Shown here: positions 25,701 through 38,760 of the stretch, in pieces
Layout: every line of letters starts with the position of its first letter
Numbering within the stretch: position 1 is the stretch's first letter
From: Paraspadella gotoi
Lineage: Eukaryota; Animalia; Chaetognatha
NCBI GenBank assembly: GCA_051294375.1
Contig: CM119264.1
Coordinates: 3,205,575-3,269,574 of the forward strand
Length of the DNA: 64,000 nt
Reading direction: 5' to 3'
Translations under genes and position numbers: made by a program
The notes under the pieces: generated by a model
What the model was told of the DNA's origin: nothing
The model's input: the letters and a program-made list of their open reading frames with translations, nothing else
The model's database searches: none

Positions 25701-28225
25701 TTTTTTTTTCCAGGATTTTTTCATTAATTTTCTTCGATAACTAGCAGGCTCGATCAATACTACTTTTAAGATTTTTTTTGATTGTTTAAATAAAAACTTC
25801 TAAATTTCAGTTTTAGATAACAATAATACGTTTTGTGTGTTTTTTTTTCTAAGAACTTCACGCCTTCTAACTATGTTTATGATACCTCTATAAAAAAAAT
25901 CCAGAAAGAACAAAGCGGTTTCTGATAATTTTGGTTCCTGGCAATTTTTGCACCAGTAGCGCAGTAAATATTACAAAACCATGGATGATTTCTAAAACTG
26001 CCAGTTGGTTGGGTATCCAACGCCTGCCGCGAACAAAGAAAATCCATAAAGGTCTTGACTAAAAAATTACTGAAAATAAACACGGCCGCTTAGTCTGAAT
26101 TTTTTTAAATTTTTGTTTATTTTGCGGTATTTACTGTATAAGTCAAATAAATATACAGCAGCATGCACTGATTCCGATTCTGTTGGGTTTAGCCTAACTT
26201 TCAAGCACATAACGAAAAAAATAAATTGACCTCATAGTTAAGAAATATAGCAATTAATCCAATTTTTTTTCAAAATTTGTTGTCCATTTTTGTTTCTTAC
26301 TGTTTTGCCAAACATGCCCTTTGAAAATTATAAAAATAAAGATTAGCTAATGAAACTACAATGTCTTAGGTACATTTCGTTGCTCGGAACAAAGAAATTC
26401 ATTTATACATAGGTATCAAGTATGGAGCCTTGAAATAACTCATTTTCTTTGCAATTACCCCTTTATTGATAAAAGCCTGATGTATTATAATAAAAAAATA
26501 AAAACAACAATTTTTATCATACAGCTACATGCATTAGCGTGTTATTAAAAGAGTGTAGGTGCTTTTTTTTAATAAAAAAATGTTTATATTAATATAGCTC
26601 AACGGCATTATGCAAAGGTTTTAATTTGCAACCTGAAGATGACAAAAATTTAAAAAATCTGATCAATATGCCTTTAGCCCTATGTCAGTAGTTTTTAAAT
26701 CAGCCGGACAAAGTTTGAAACTCCTAAATTTTCATATTTAAATCATTATGTTTTTTAACGTTCCTACATTGAATTTTTTTATTTTTTGTTTCAACAAAAT
26801 TGATAATTCATTATCCTTAGTAATTATATAAACATTTGAGGTATAGAAAATTTTTGTTTATATCAGAAACATAATTCAATCTTTTCTCTTTCAGAATCTA
26901 TATTTATTTATTTTTTTAAATACAGCTTTCAAGATATATTTGCTAAATTTTATTTGATTTAAATAAAATTTTGTGTGTTTGGTAGTAAAGTGTGTGATTG
27001 AGCTGGATATAAAGTTTCGATGGAATTGAGGAGTGTAAATGAGTTAGCATGGAAAAATCCAAAGTCAAGTTGACTTAAATTTTACTTATTATTATTATCT
27101 CTAAATCATTTACAACGAAAAGAAAGGATTATCATATAATATTATTATTACCCATAAATGTTTTTTATTAATAAATAATTAAATTAATAATTAAATAATT
27201 AAATTAATTAATTAATTAAATATAAATTAATTAATTAAATAATTAAACTAATTAATTAATTAAATAATTAATTAAAGTGAAAAAATCGTTTAATTTGAAA
27301 AAATGATGCAAGTTTAAAGTTGTAAATTGAAAAGTTTATTCAAATTGAAAAAAATGATTCAAGTTGAAAAATGTTGTAGGTTGAAAAAATGATTACCGCT
27401 TAATTATCATAGGCAGATCCGACATGGTTGGCTCAAACTTGTTTTAACTTGCATGATTTTTTCAACTTGCATAATTTTTTTCAACTTGCACATTTTTTAA
27501 CTTTAATTAATTAGTTAATTAAAACTTTTATGGGTAGGCACAAATAATAAAAATACAAGTCAACTTGAACTTCATGCAAACTCATTTCCACTCCTCGATT
27601 CCAAACGAAATTTTATATCCTGCTCAATCATACAATTTCCTACCCACTAACACAATTTGATTCTATCCATCCAATTATTATTAATTAATGTAATTACGGC
27701 TTAAAATTAGTAAAAAGATTTTAGTAAATGTTACTCAGCATTAAACTCATGATTGGATTGATGGATTGAAATCAAATTTTGTGTGTTGGTTGGGGAGTGT
27801 GTCATTGAGCTGGATATAAAGTTTCGATGGAATCGTGTGAGTGAAAATGAGTTTAAATGAAAAAAACAAAAAGTGACATTTACTTTTTTTTTTACTTTTA
27901 TTTTCTTATAATTATCATTGTTATTAAAAATTGGATTGATAAATTGAAATGACATTTTGTGTAAGGGTAGTTAAGTATGGACTCAAGGTGGATATAAATT
28001 TTTGATGGAGTCGTCGGTGTGCTAAAGTGTTTAAATTAAAAAACCAAAATACATATCACTGTCTATTTCTCTAATATTGATGGATTGATTGATTGTTTGG
28101 TTAAATGATTGATTGATAAATTGTTTAATTGATTAATTTATAAAATCTGTCATGATTTTTAAAGTTATGATCTAGTTATGTTTCCCTCTCTATTTATTTA
28201 TCGGACATCCCATCTGATAAGCTGC

Positions 28226-28281
<56 letters not shown>

Positions 28282-28430
28282 GTAGGCAGATCCGACATGG
28301 TTTGCTCAAACTTGTTTTTCGAATTTTACAATTCAATAAAAAAGCTAAAAAGATTAAATATCTAGGGTATTAATGAATAAGAAACTTGTTAAGTATTTTG
28401 CTATTAATACAATTTCTTTTCTCTATTCAG

Positions 28431-29547
28431 TCTTGGATGGACACTTGTTCCAATTCAAACCCACGCAGTCGGAAATTACAAATTTCTTGAACCTTCTCAC
28501 TTACGAATTCTTCTGATATTGAACATAGATTTGATTTTGGGCTTCATTTACCTCTTTGTCCTTCTGCTGCAAAGAAAGCATCGGGAAAAGTTAGCTTTAT
28601 TGGTCGTCGCTTCACTCTCGCCTTTGAGTGTGGTTGCCCTCAACATCTATGCAACGATCAATCACACTCACGCATTCTCAGATTTGGGCTTTACGCAATG
28701 CAAAAATTTTAAGTGTGCTGCTGATTTGAATCTCAATTCTCTTTATAGATTAAATGAATTTCAGTATAAAAGCTTTACAACTTTTACCAAATATTCTTTT
28801 ACTTCAATTACATCTTACTTTGTTCTTTCATTTTTGGAGGCCTTTAGCAAAAGGTCTTGGTCAAATTTGTCTATGGGTAATAAACAGTCATTTTGTTTAA
28901 TTGGAATAATTTCATTCGGGCTTTCAGTCGCTGGTTTCTTGATGGTGTGTACTCGCGATACAACGCATGAGACAGAACTAATTTTTAAAATGAAGTTTTA
29001 TCGACAAAATTTTAAGAATTATTCTTTAGAAAATTGTCATGATGCCATGGTTAGTCTGATCCAGAAAAGTCAATCTTATTTCATTTATTGTAACATTTCA
29101 TTTCTGCCTTTGATTATTTGGATTGTAGTTGCACTTTTAAAAATTAAATATAAAAGATTACATAGATATTGTAAAAAATTATCATTTATAATCTTTTTGG
29201 TGATACCTCCAGTATTCATTTTCAATGGAAAAAATTTAATCCCAAAAACAAATAGGACTCATTATGAAGATTTAATTATATTGAATAAAATATTTCCCGA
29301 GCCTAAAAATTCTCAAATAGATTTTCTTTCAACTGAGAAACCCTCTTTCTCTTTTTCTTTTTTCTATTTTAGAAAATTAATGCTCTTGATTAGGGATAGA
29401 GGAGATTATTCAAAAAAAAACTTAGAACCTGGTATGGTTTTCAAAGAGCTCTTGAATTTTATCAATTTGGAAACTCAAAACGATTTTAATATTTTTATTT
29501 ATTTCTGCATGTTTTTTCTAATTCTATGTGGGTTTATATATTTTTGA
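28431..29547 (+). CDS. Large terminal exon of a multi-pass membrane protein, possibly the 3' part of the Xkr gene
   Basis: A pyrimidine tract and the acceptor ctattcag|t at 28430/28431 (phase 2) open about 370 codons (LGWTLVPIQ...CGFIYF*) in very AT-rich DNA, with 6-7 hydrophobic segments. There is no ATG near the start. Confidence 0.7.
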
Positions 29548-31144
29548 AGTTTTATCTATGAACCAGTAAATATAAGTTAAAAGTATTATTTATTTTAGCA
29601 TTACTAACTTTCTATTGTGTTACAAAAATATCGACAGCTCTTACTCTGTATTTAAATAAATTATAGGAGATAACTAATCATATTTAACAGTTAAAATTTG
29701 TAATGAGCTATTTTGTGAAAGCAATAAAGTGGTAAAATGGTAAATGATAAAGAAGTTAAATATCCCACGCATAATTTTTAGAATTAGATCGCAACAGCAT
29801 AAAGTTGATTGATGAGCAAATTAAGAACTGCCTTTTTTATAATTGATTCGTTTTCCAAGATCTTATAAATTATTTTTATTTTGTCTGTAATTTTTTGCGC
29901 ACGGCAAAAACTTCTCAAGCTTCTGCTTGCTAAACCTGATACTACATAACTAAAAAAAATGTTTACCAAATATTAAAGTACATGGATTTCTTGAATTTTT
30001 TTACGAACAATAGACCATAACGTAATTTAAATTAACTAACTTCCTTTTTCATTTTTCATTTCTCTCTGATTGGATCATTATTATTATGATAATTATTATG
30101 AATTACGATGAAGTTTTATAAAAGTGTGCAATCATAGTAAGTTAAAAATTTAGATATGGCTTCTCATCTTGAAATAGCTTTGTAATTTTTATATTACATT
30201 TAGATTCAATTATTTTTATTAGAATTTCTACTTCATTATGATTTATTGCAATATGCAAATGAGAATATTGTACTCATTATATGATGCGATAATCCTTTCT
30301 TTTTCGTTGTTTATTGATATTAGAGAAACCAAAGTATTTTGAAATTGTAACAACAATTTTTATTGAGCCTACCGGCCAAGCCAGTTCAGGCTCGATATTG
30401 ATTCGGGTCAGCTTCTTTGTGACGTCGTCGTCGTCGGCGTCGTCGTCATCGTCGTCGACGGCGTCACGCATTTTTATATAAAAAATACTATGCTTTTATA
30501 GTTTTGCCTGGGACTTATGGTTTTTTTAAATAAAAATTATTATAAATTACAATGAAGTTTTATAAAAGTGTGCGATCATAGTAAGTTAAAAATTTAGATA
30601 TGGCTTCTCATCTTGAAATAGCTCTGAAATTTTCATATTACATTTAGATTCAAGTATTTTTTGTTTGAATTTCCACTTCATTATGATTATTACAATTTGC
30701 AAATATGATTATAGTACTCATTATAATATCCAAATTAGTATATAGAAATGCTTTAATCTAATTTACATATTTCAGTAAATAATATTGAAGATGAAATTCA
30801 TAAAAAAATCTTTAAATCAATAAAAAACATGTGAAATCAAAAGACCTTTTTAATGAGAAGCTATATCTTAATTTTAATACAAATAAAGATAAAATCTTTT
30901 ACAAGCTATGATTGGAAAAAATTGTAAAAATTTTCAATTGTAAACAATAGTAACATTTTTTTTCCTTTCTTTTATTTCTTTAAATTATATATAGATTTTT
31001 TTCCTATTATTGTCAGTTGCTGCCTTTTCTGAACCCTTTAAAAACGAGTTCTGGCTCTGCAGTGACTGTTCAGCTGCCCTCCAGCGGCTGTCCAGCTTTC
31101 TCTCTCTTTCTCTCTCTGTCTCTGTCTGTCTCTCTTTTTCTCTT

Positions 31145-31186
<42 letters not shown>

Positions 31187-33861
31187 CGATCTCTTGCGTG
31201 ATCGTTTTTTTTTAAATTTTAATTATTTTTTTCCTTTTAAAAACTTTTATTATCGACATTTATTCCGCGCTTTTTTCTCAATGCAATATCCCAAATTTAC
31301 ATCCAAGATTTTCGTGGATTTATTCTCTTTCTTTTTCTCTCTCTTTCTCTCTCTCTTTCACTCATACACGCATTTGTTTGTTTTATTTATGATGAATGAT
31401 TCATCAATGACTATCATCGCATCAATGAATGACTATCATCGTATCAATCATTTGGTTAGCATCACATCAATCATTTGGTTATCATCGCATCAATTATTGT
31501 TTATCATTGCATCAATATTTGGTTATCATCGCATCAATATTTGGTTATCATCGCGTCAATAATTGGTTATCATCGCATCAATAATCAATTCCTATTACAT
31601 CAATAAATTTCTATTACATCAATAATTCCTTATCGCATCAATCATTTGTTTTTTTTTCCCGGATTTTTTCATTAATTTTCTTCGATAACTAGCAGGCTCG
31701 ATCAATACTACTTTTAAGATTTTTTTTGATTGTTTAAATAAAAACTTCTAAATTTTCAGTTTTAGATAACAATAAATACGTTTTGTGTGTTTTTTTTTCT
31801 AAGAACTTCACGCCTTCAAAGTTTATATACTACTATGTTTATGTCTCTGTTTAGATATGTCGCTCCGCGCTTAAAAAAAAATCCGAAGAACAAGCGGTTT
31901 CTGATAATTTTGGTTCCTGGCAATTTTTGCACCAGTAGCGCAGTAAATATTACAAAACCATGGATGATTTCTAAAACTGCAGTGTTTGGGCTATCCAACG
32001 CCGCCGGAACAAAGAAAATCCATAAAGGTCTTGACTAAAAAATACTGAAAATAAACACGGCGCTTAGTCTGAATTTTTTTAAATTTTTTTTTTATTTGCG
32101 ATATTTACTGTATAAGTCAAATAAATATACAGCAGTCATGCACTGATTCCGATTCTGTTGGGTTTAGCCTAACTTTCAAGCACATAACGAAAAAAATAAA
32201 TTGACCTCATAGTAAGAAATAATAGCAATTAATCCAATTTTTTTTCTCAAAATTTGTTGTCACTTTTGTTTCTTACTGTTTTTGCCAAACATGCCCTTTA
32301 AAATTATAAAAATAAAGATTAGCTAATGAAACTACAATGTCTTAGGTACATTTCGTTGCCGGAACAAAGAAAATTCATTTATACCATAGTATCAATATGG
32401 AGCCTTGAAATAACTCATTTTCTTTGCAATTTACCCCTTTATTGATAAAAGCCTTGTATTATAATAAAAAATAAAAACAACATTTTTACCATACAGCTAC
32501 ATGCATTAGCGTGTTATTAAAAGAGTGTAGTGCTTTTTTTAATAAAAAAATGTTATATTAATATAGCTAACGGGCATTATGCAAAGGTTTTAATTTGCAC
32601 CTGAAGATGACAAAAATTTAAAAATCTGATAATATAGCCTTTTAGCCCTATGTCAGTAGTTTTTAAATCAGCCGGAACAAAGTTTGAACTCCTAAATTTT
32701 CATATTTAAATCATATGTTTTTTAACGTTCCTACATGAATTTTTTATTTTTTTTTGTTTTCAACAAAATGATAATTCATTATCCTTAGTAATTATATAAA
32801 CATTTGAGGTATAGAAAATTTTTGTTTATATCAGAAACATAATTCAATCTTTTCTCTTTCAGAATCTATATTTATTTATTTTTTTAAATACAGCCAAGTG
32901 TGTTTAATTTAATTTCAAAAGTTGTTATACTTTTGACTAAGATTCCGATCCAGATTTTAAAAAAATCCGTGGAAATATTTAAGAAAAATTATATGGAAAA
33001 GATGCCCCATAATTTATGCTTCAATATGATACCAGTCTCATCGTTCTATCATTTTTCGTTTAAAAGATATTAAAGAAAATCAATTTTTTTGTTACCAATT
33101 AAGACACTCAGCCAAAGCTAAAAATTTAAGTGGAACCAAAAAGAAAATTTAACGAACGCAGATTTGTTTTAAAAATTGGGCATGGAAAATGACCATTTTT
33201 TGTAGATTATTTTTCAACGCGTGAGTCAATTGATTTGAAATGTTACATCAATAATATTGACATCATTTCCTATCAGTAAATGTAAAAATATTTAAAATAA
33301 CATTATAAATGACCAGATAACTGTCTGTTATAAATTTCAAAATGTTTTTCAAATATTCTCAAATTTACCAGTATTCTTTTTCTCTTTTTTTTCTTGAGAG
33401 CCCTTCACAATTTTAAAAAAAATATTTATATCACAATCTCTTTTGCACTCACAAAATATGCCAATAAAATTAAAAAAAAGTCATTGTGTCACCCAAATAA
33501 AACTTTATTTCGTTAACTATTTCAGATTGTAACAAATAGAAAGATGGTACACAATTACATTGTGTGAGATTGTCAATGTCTTCAAAGAATTAAAAAAAAA
33601 AATTCAGGCTCGAATATTTCCCGTCGGAGTTTTTGTTTCCATCGCGGATCCGAACATTCGACGGAGAAAGAAAACCTTAAATATGAAGAGGGTAGTTAAA
33701 TATGATGGAGAGTTGGGTGGGTAAACAGGAAAATGGTGGGAAAAAAAATAATGAAAGAAAGAGATAAAAATAAGTAATGATTGAATAATTCAAATTAAAA
33801 AAAAATTGAATGATAGAAATAAGGAAAAAATGGAAATTAAAAAGAAAGAAAAAAAGAAAGT

Positions 33862-33893
<32 letters not shown>

Positions 33894-33946
33894 AAAAAAG
33901 GAAGAGAGAAAGAAAGTATGAACTATGAAAGAACCTTGAAATCAAC

Positions 33947-34020
33947 CTGAACGCCAGCTGTAACTGCGATGACGACAATTTGTAGAAGGCTCCATTCCAT
34001 CACCCAAGCGTTGTTTGATT
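33947..34020 (-). CDS. p24/TMED protein, exon 5 (transmembrane segment)
   Basis: (E)SNNAWVMEWSLLQIVVIAVTAGVQ matches the p24 NxxVxxWS + TM + Q motif. Acceptor ttttaaag, phase 1; donor CAG|gttgat, or read-through VDFKVLS* to 33923. Confidence 0.88.
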
Positions 34021-34972
34021 CTTTAAAAGAAAGAAACGAATTGTAACAAGCAAATCAATCTATTGATTAATCAATCTAATAAACAATGACCAGTCAATCA
34101 ATCAATTGATAAACAAAATAATTTTCGATCTACCAATCAACCAATAAAACTGTAATTAATTTTATCAATCAATCAATTGATTATTATTTTAATCATCACA
34201 GATGGAATCAGAACCAAGAATGAAATCGGATGGTTTCATGTTGAAATCTCTGTCTACTTACTTAAATGCAACTGTGAGAGAACCTTGCTTTGTATTTATA
34301 TATATATACATGGCGGAACAAGGTAAAAACTAAGAGTTCTGTCATATAAATAACGTTAAAGCATCCCTGTGGGATAACGAAATTAAAAAAAAATTAAGAT
34401 TTTATGCATAGTTAATAACATAGAAGCATTTAAAGTTTATCGTATTACTATTATTATAAATCATGAAAATCTTATATTTCAAATTCAGAATTTTTAGGTA
34501 GAGCTTGCAAAAATAAAAAAAAATATTATTACAAGAATTCCAAATTTTTATGTTTTATTGGTTAAAATTAGCAAAAACTATAAAAATTATGGTATGATGA
34601 TGATGATTTTTAAGGGTGTTTTCCCTTATTTGACCCACTTATCATCGAAATATTGAAAAACGAATTATACTTTGTGTAGACAACTTTTTATGGGCTATCT
34701 AAATACGTTCTTAAAAAATAATTTTTTTACAAAACATTTTTTTTCATTGCCTATGCGTTTATAAATATTTAAATACTTCAACGTTATACTGTGCTTCACT
34801 AGTTATAAAAGTGATAGTAAATATTGATTAAGTATATGGACAAATGAATTTTATATGACAGAACTTCTAATGGTAAAAAGGGATCAAATTTAACCCGCCC
34901 TAATATACATATTAATAATTTATTAAAAATATAATAAGATGAACACTAATCTCCCCCCGCTCCCTTTTTAAC

Positions 34973-35102
34973 CTCCGACGTAGTAATCGGCGAGCATGTG
35001 CATCCTCGAGATTGTCTGATGGTAAGTCATGTTCATGAACCGCTCTCCTAATCTCTCCATCGTCTCTCTCGTTTTCTGGGTAAGGTCGTCGAATTCTTCC
35101 AC
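34973..35102 (-). CDS. p24/TMED protein, exon 4 (coiled coil)
   Basis: tttcag|VEEFDDLTQKTRETMERLGERFMNMTYHQTISRMHMLADYYVG|gttaaa. The exon is 130 nt and its phases (0 and 1) fit both neighbours. Confidence 0.88.
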
Positions 35103-35479
35103 CTGAAATAACACGTAGGATGAGTAAGAGGTTGGGATGTCCTCTTTATCTTTCCTAAACTATCTCGCGTTCAAACGCGAATGACAAAAACGAAATCATA
35201 CCTTAAATTAGAAATCTACTATGAAATTAAATTCAATAGGGGNNNNNNNNNNNNNNNNNNNNNNNNNCAAGAAGAGTTAAAATATTAAAAATATATATAT
35301 AGGAGTAATTAGGAGGTAATAGATGACGATTTGTTGTGATCCTATGTTCAATTGTTTTTAAAAAAGATGTCTAAATTTTCGTTTGAGCAGGGTGCTTAAT
35401 TCCAAGATTATCTTAACCACCTTACTATGAGTTAGTCTACCCGCTACTTAAATGTTAGACTCATTATGATAATAAGCGG

Positions 35480-36375
35480 TACGTGAGGCTGAAGATGACT
35501 GTTCCGTAACTCTATAACCCCTCATAGACACCATGGAACGGGTTCCCTGGCTTGGAAACCAGGCTGAGCGGTTTGCACATTGCCCCCAAGGCGCTTACGG
35601 TTGGTTTCGTCCTCCCACTAGTTCACTTCTATAGAGTTTCTCGGTTACGAGCTTCCGCAGGGGTAGGTTTACCCAAACCCAAATAGTTGCACTTAGAATA
35701 TTTGGAAGGTTTGGGATTTGAACCCACGGTATCTAAGGTTATTCTGACAGGGCCGGGTGAGTAGTGGTCATTGAGCTGATTAGGGCTTATTACTCAAAGA
35801 CCACCAGTGGTCACAATCTGAAGGTGTATGATTTCTAAGTATGGGGTGAAAACCTAGCAATCCTCCAGCTACATGCCCCCCGAGATGTAACCACCCTTGC
35901 TACTGGCTTCTCAGTGGAGGGTGTAGAGAGGCAAAATATCGTCAGTCCTGAGAGCACGCAATGTGGCCTGCAGTCACGAAAGCTCATGGAATACGGACTC
36001 GATCAGGATGCTCACCAGTGTGGAGAAGGACAATCGGTGAGGCTGAAGATGACTGAGTCCGTAACTTCTATAACCCCTCTTAAGCAGCCATAGGAACGGG
36101 TCGCGCTGGGCGGGCAAAGCCGGAAAGCTTGTAGGGTTTCGCGAGCCCCATGCGGCTGTAACAGGGCCGTCCTCAGATAGCGGTATCCGTTATACCCACG
36201 ATCACACCAGGACTTCGCGTAGGGTAGTGGGATCCCGGTTGGGATTCGAACCGGGAGACTTCATATGGTCATGAGCCTGATGGCTTTACTGTAATGAATC
36301 CAAGAGCGATCTATCTATACGTAAAGTGTAATATGATTCTAGCGGGGTGAACCTAGGCATATTGCCTCGACTAAC
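35480..36375. repeat. Two noisy tandem copies (about 500-555-bp period) of a GC-richer dispersed element
   Basis: gtgaggctgaagatgactg..ccgtaac..ctataacccctc occurs at about 35483 and 36037; ggggtgaa..cctag occurs at about 35843 and 36344. An inverted homologous segment lies at about 8054-8122. Confidence 0.6.
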
Positions 36376-36725
36376 ATATATTCACGTGACCATTTTAAGA
36401 AATTGCAGTATTATGATCGATGTGAGTCGAGAAACATCACTTGGTTATTTTGTAGTCAATGCTTATGAATTAAGCGATCATCGTCTCATTGATCGATACT
36501 GTCAATACTTTATACTTTAGTACTCAATTGCTTTAATGAATAAGCGCATCATCACTGTTACCTCAGCGCAAAACTTAAAAACTTGTTTCTTCCTGTTTCC
36601 GCGTTCCTGCCTTCTTATGTTTCTCTTTTATTTTTGTTTCTCTTTCTTTGACTTTCTTGTTTTGTATTTCCATCCTTGTTTCTCTGTTCCTCCTTCTCGA
36701 CCTGTTTCGACTCTTCTCGTCTCAC

Positions 36726-36820
36726 TTCAACCCGCTTCCGGCGTTCGATTTCGGAATTAACGAAGGCCCTGACGAAGAAGAAAACGAAAGTTTCTCGCAC
36801 ACACACGAATTCGTATTTTC
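36726..36820 (-). CDS. p24/TMED protein, exon 3
   Basis: tttcag|(G)KYEFVCVRETFVFFFVRAFVNSEIERRKRVE|gtgaga. The exon is 95 nt and its phases (1 and 0) bridge exons 2 and 4 exactly. Confidence 0.75.
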
Positions 36821-36934
36821 CTGAAATAAAAACAAACTATGGATGAAACAAAAAGGAAAGTCACAAAACGCATTTTTAGGCCGAAAAGATAAGAAGGATC
36901 ATATCCGAAAAAAAATACCCTTTGTGAATTAATA

Positions 36935-37290
36935 AATAGGGGACCACGAACCTTGCGCCCATTAAGCCCAAAGGATTGAAGCCCATACATATCCAGAGTA
37001 TCCCTATGGGCCAAAATTCTTATGGTTACCAGTCCTAAAGTGGGCCACAATAATGACCTGGGCACCAATCCTATGGGCCCTAATCCTATGGGCGTATTCT
37101 TTGTTGTAAATCAAATCTTAAGTAGGAAGCGAAATCCCTACATTGGGCAGAAATATACGGAGGCCCAATTCTAATTTGGCGCAATCCTACATGGGAACAA
37201 TCCTGCGGCTATAATTATAAGTGGGCTCAACACTGAGGGCGAAATTTTCTGGGTGCAATTCTACGTGGGTACAATCCTAATGGAATACAA
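36935..37290. repeat. Degenerate short tandem repeat of (ggcccaatcctatg)-like units, intronic
   Basis: Recurrent aatccta/tggg/ggccc units. Confidence 0.55.
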
Positions 37291-37498
37291 TTTATAAAAT
37301 GTGATATTAATAACGGAATTTATAAAATTCATTTTTACTTTAATTAAAGAATTTTTATATCTGCATTTTTTTATAGGCCTTCCGGTTCCATTAGGATTGT
37401 AAATATTAAGTTTATTCGCCATTATAACTTTTTCCAATGTCTTCTCGCGCCCAGATTTCCAACGCCTCTCATTCCCCTCCCCTTACCAACGTCCTCAC

Positions 37499-37672
37499 CG
37501 AAGCAAAAAGCGACGACGTCCTCCTTGTCGAAGATCTTCTCCCAACTTCCGTCGACGACCGAATTGAACTTCTTCAAGATCTCGTTGGAGGAGTCGACGA
37601 CGAAGAGGCTCACGTCCCGATCTCCACCGCTCAGGACTTCGAAGCCGAGATTGACTTGAGCGCCGGCGCGGA
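37499..37672 (-). CDS. p24/TMED protein, exon 2 (GOLD domain core)
   Basis: (x)RAGAQVNLGFEVLSGGDRDVSLFVVDSSNEILKKFNSVVDGSWEKIFDKEDVVAFCF matches the GOLD pattern FxVxxGGxxDxxxxV...FCF. The exon is 174 nt, with acceptor ttccaag and donor gtgagg. Confidence 0.88.
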
Positions 37673-38331
37673 CTTGGAAGAGAGGGGGGGGGGGTTGTGG
37701 GGAAGTGGTGGGGGTGGATTAGTGAAGGATAGGGCGGATAGAAAGGGAGGATAGAAAGGATGGATAGAAAGGGTGGTGGTTAAATAAGGTGCCGGTGACT
37801 CGTTTGTTTTAATACTTGTTATGAATCTGTATATACTACCATCGCAGGAGACTCAACCTCACCTAAAGTGAAATCAAATATAAAGCAGAAGCGAAATCAA
37901 AATCGGATCGGTGAGAGAGTCTTGATAAAAAGGTTAAAGGGTCTCGCAATTTTATTTTTTTGTTGGAGTCCTGATTGAAAGCTTGCAGGGACCTGCTATG
38001 TCATTATCTTGTAAGAGTGATGGAGGCCTTAAACCACCAAAGCCTGTCCAAAGTCAGGGGCAAAATAGCTAATTTATTAAATGAATGGATGATTTTTATA
38101 TTGGTTGTACCAATTTTATGTTCTCACACTTAAATATTAATTTTAAATAGATAACTGAATAATGGGACGCAGGAATTACTCCCAAGTTTACAATTTAAAA
38201 TGCTTAAGCCAAAGCTTCACTCAATTATTGACGAGAAAGAGAAGAAAATTCATTTTAAAAAGATTTTACTTTATTTTTCAATAAAGAAACTCGTGACTCG
38301 TGTTGCAGCGAGGACGTCGCTTCATTTAACG

Positions 38332-38760
38332 CTCTGTTGACTCCGCCTTTGCCGACTCTGCCTTTGCCGACTCTGCCTTTGCCGACTGTGTCATTGCCGA
38401 CTCTGCCTTTGCCGACTCTGCCTTTGCATTTTTTTCGACTCTGCCTTTGCCTTTTTCTTGTACGTCTGGCTTTGTATAGAATCTGCCTTTGCCGATTCTG
38501 CTTTCCCCCGATTCTGCCTTTGGCCGATTCTGCCTTGCCGACTCTGCTTTGCCTTTTTTGTTGACTCTGCCTTTGAAGAATCTGCCTTTGCCGATCTGCC
38601 TTGCCGATTCTGCCTTTGCCGATTCTGCCTTTGCGACTTCTGCCTTTGCCCTTTTTTGACTCTTGCCTTTGAAGAATCTGCCTTTCTGCCCCAACTCCTG
38701 GCTTTGCAACTCTGTCTTTGGCCGAACTCCTGCTTTTGGCCGGCCTCTGGCCTTTCCGTC
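38332..38760. repeat. 15-bp tandem repeat (gccgactctgccttt)n, intronic
   Basis: Units are directly visible and produce spurious (AKAES)n and (LPTLP)n ORFs. Confidence 0.85.

Larger units (their letters stand above)
19669..32894. repeat. Tandem duplication: copy 1 at 19669-26926, copy 2 at 26927-32894
   Basis: Both copies start tttcaagatatatttgc and end aaatacagc. They are near-identical apart from small indels and two insertions. Confidence 0.92.

Noticed and set aside
35489-35512. CTGAAGA-tgac as a hammerhead core in the 35.5-36.4 kb repeat
   Set aside because: Both copies read gtaac where GAAAC is required.
37863-37920. Candidate TMED exon with an FCF motif and gtgagg donor
   Set aside because: The required frame contains a TGA, and exon 1 at 40495-40695 already supplies the first GOLD cysteine.
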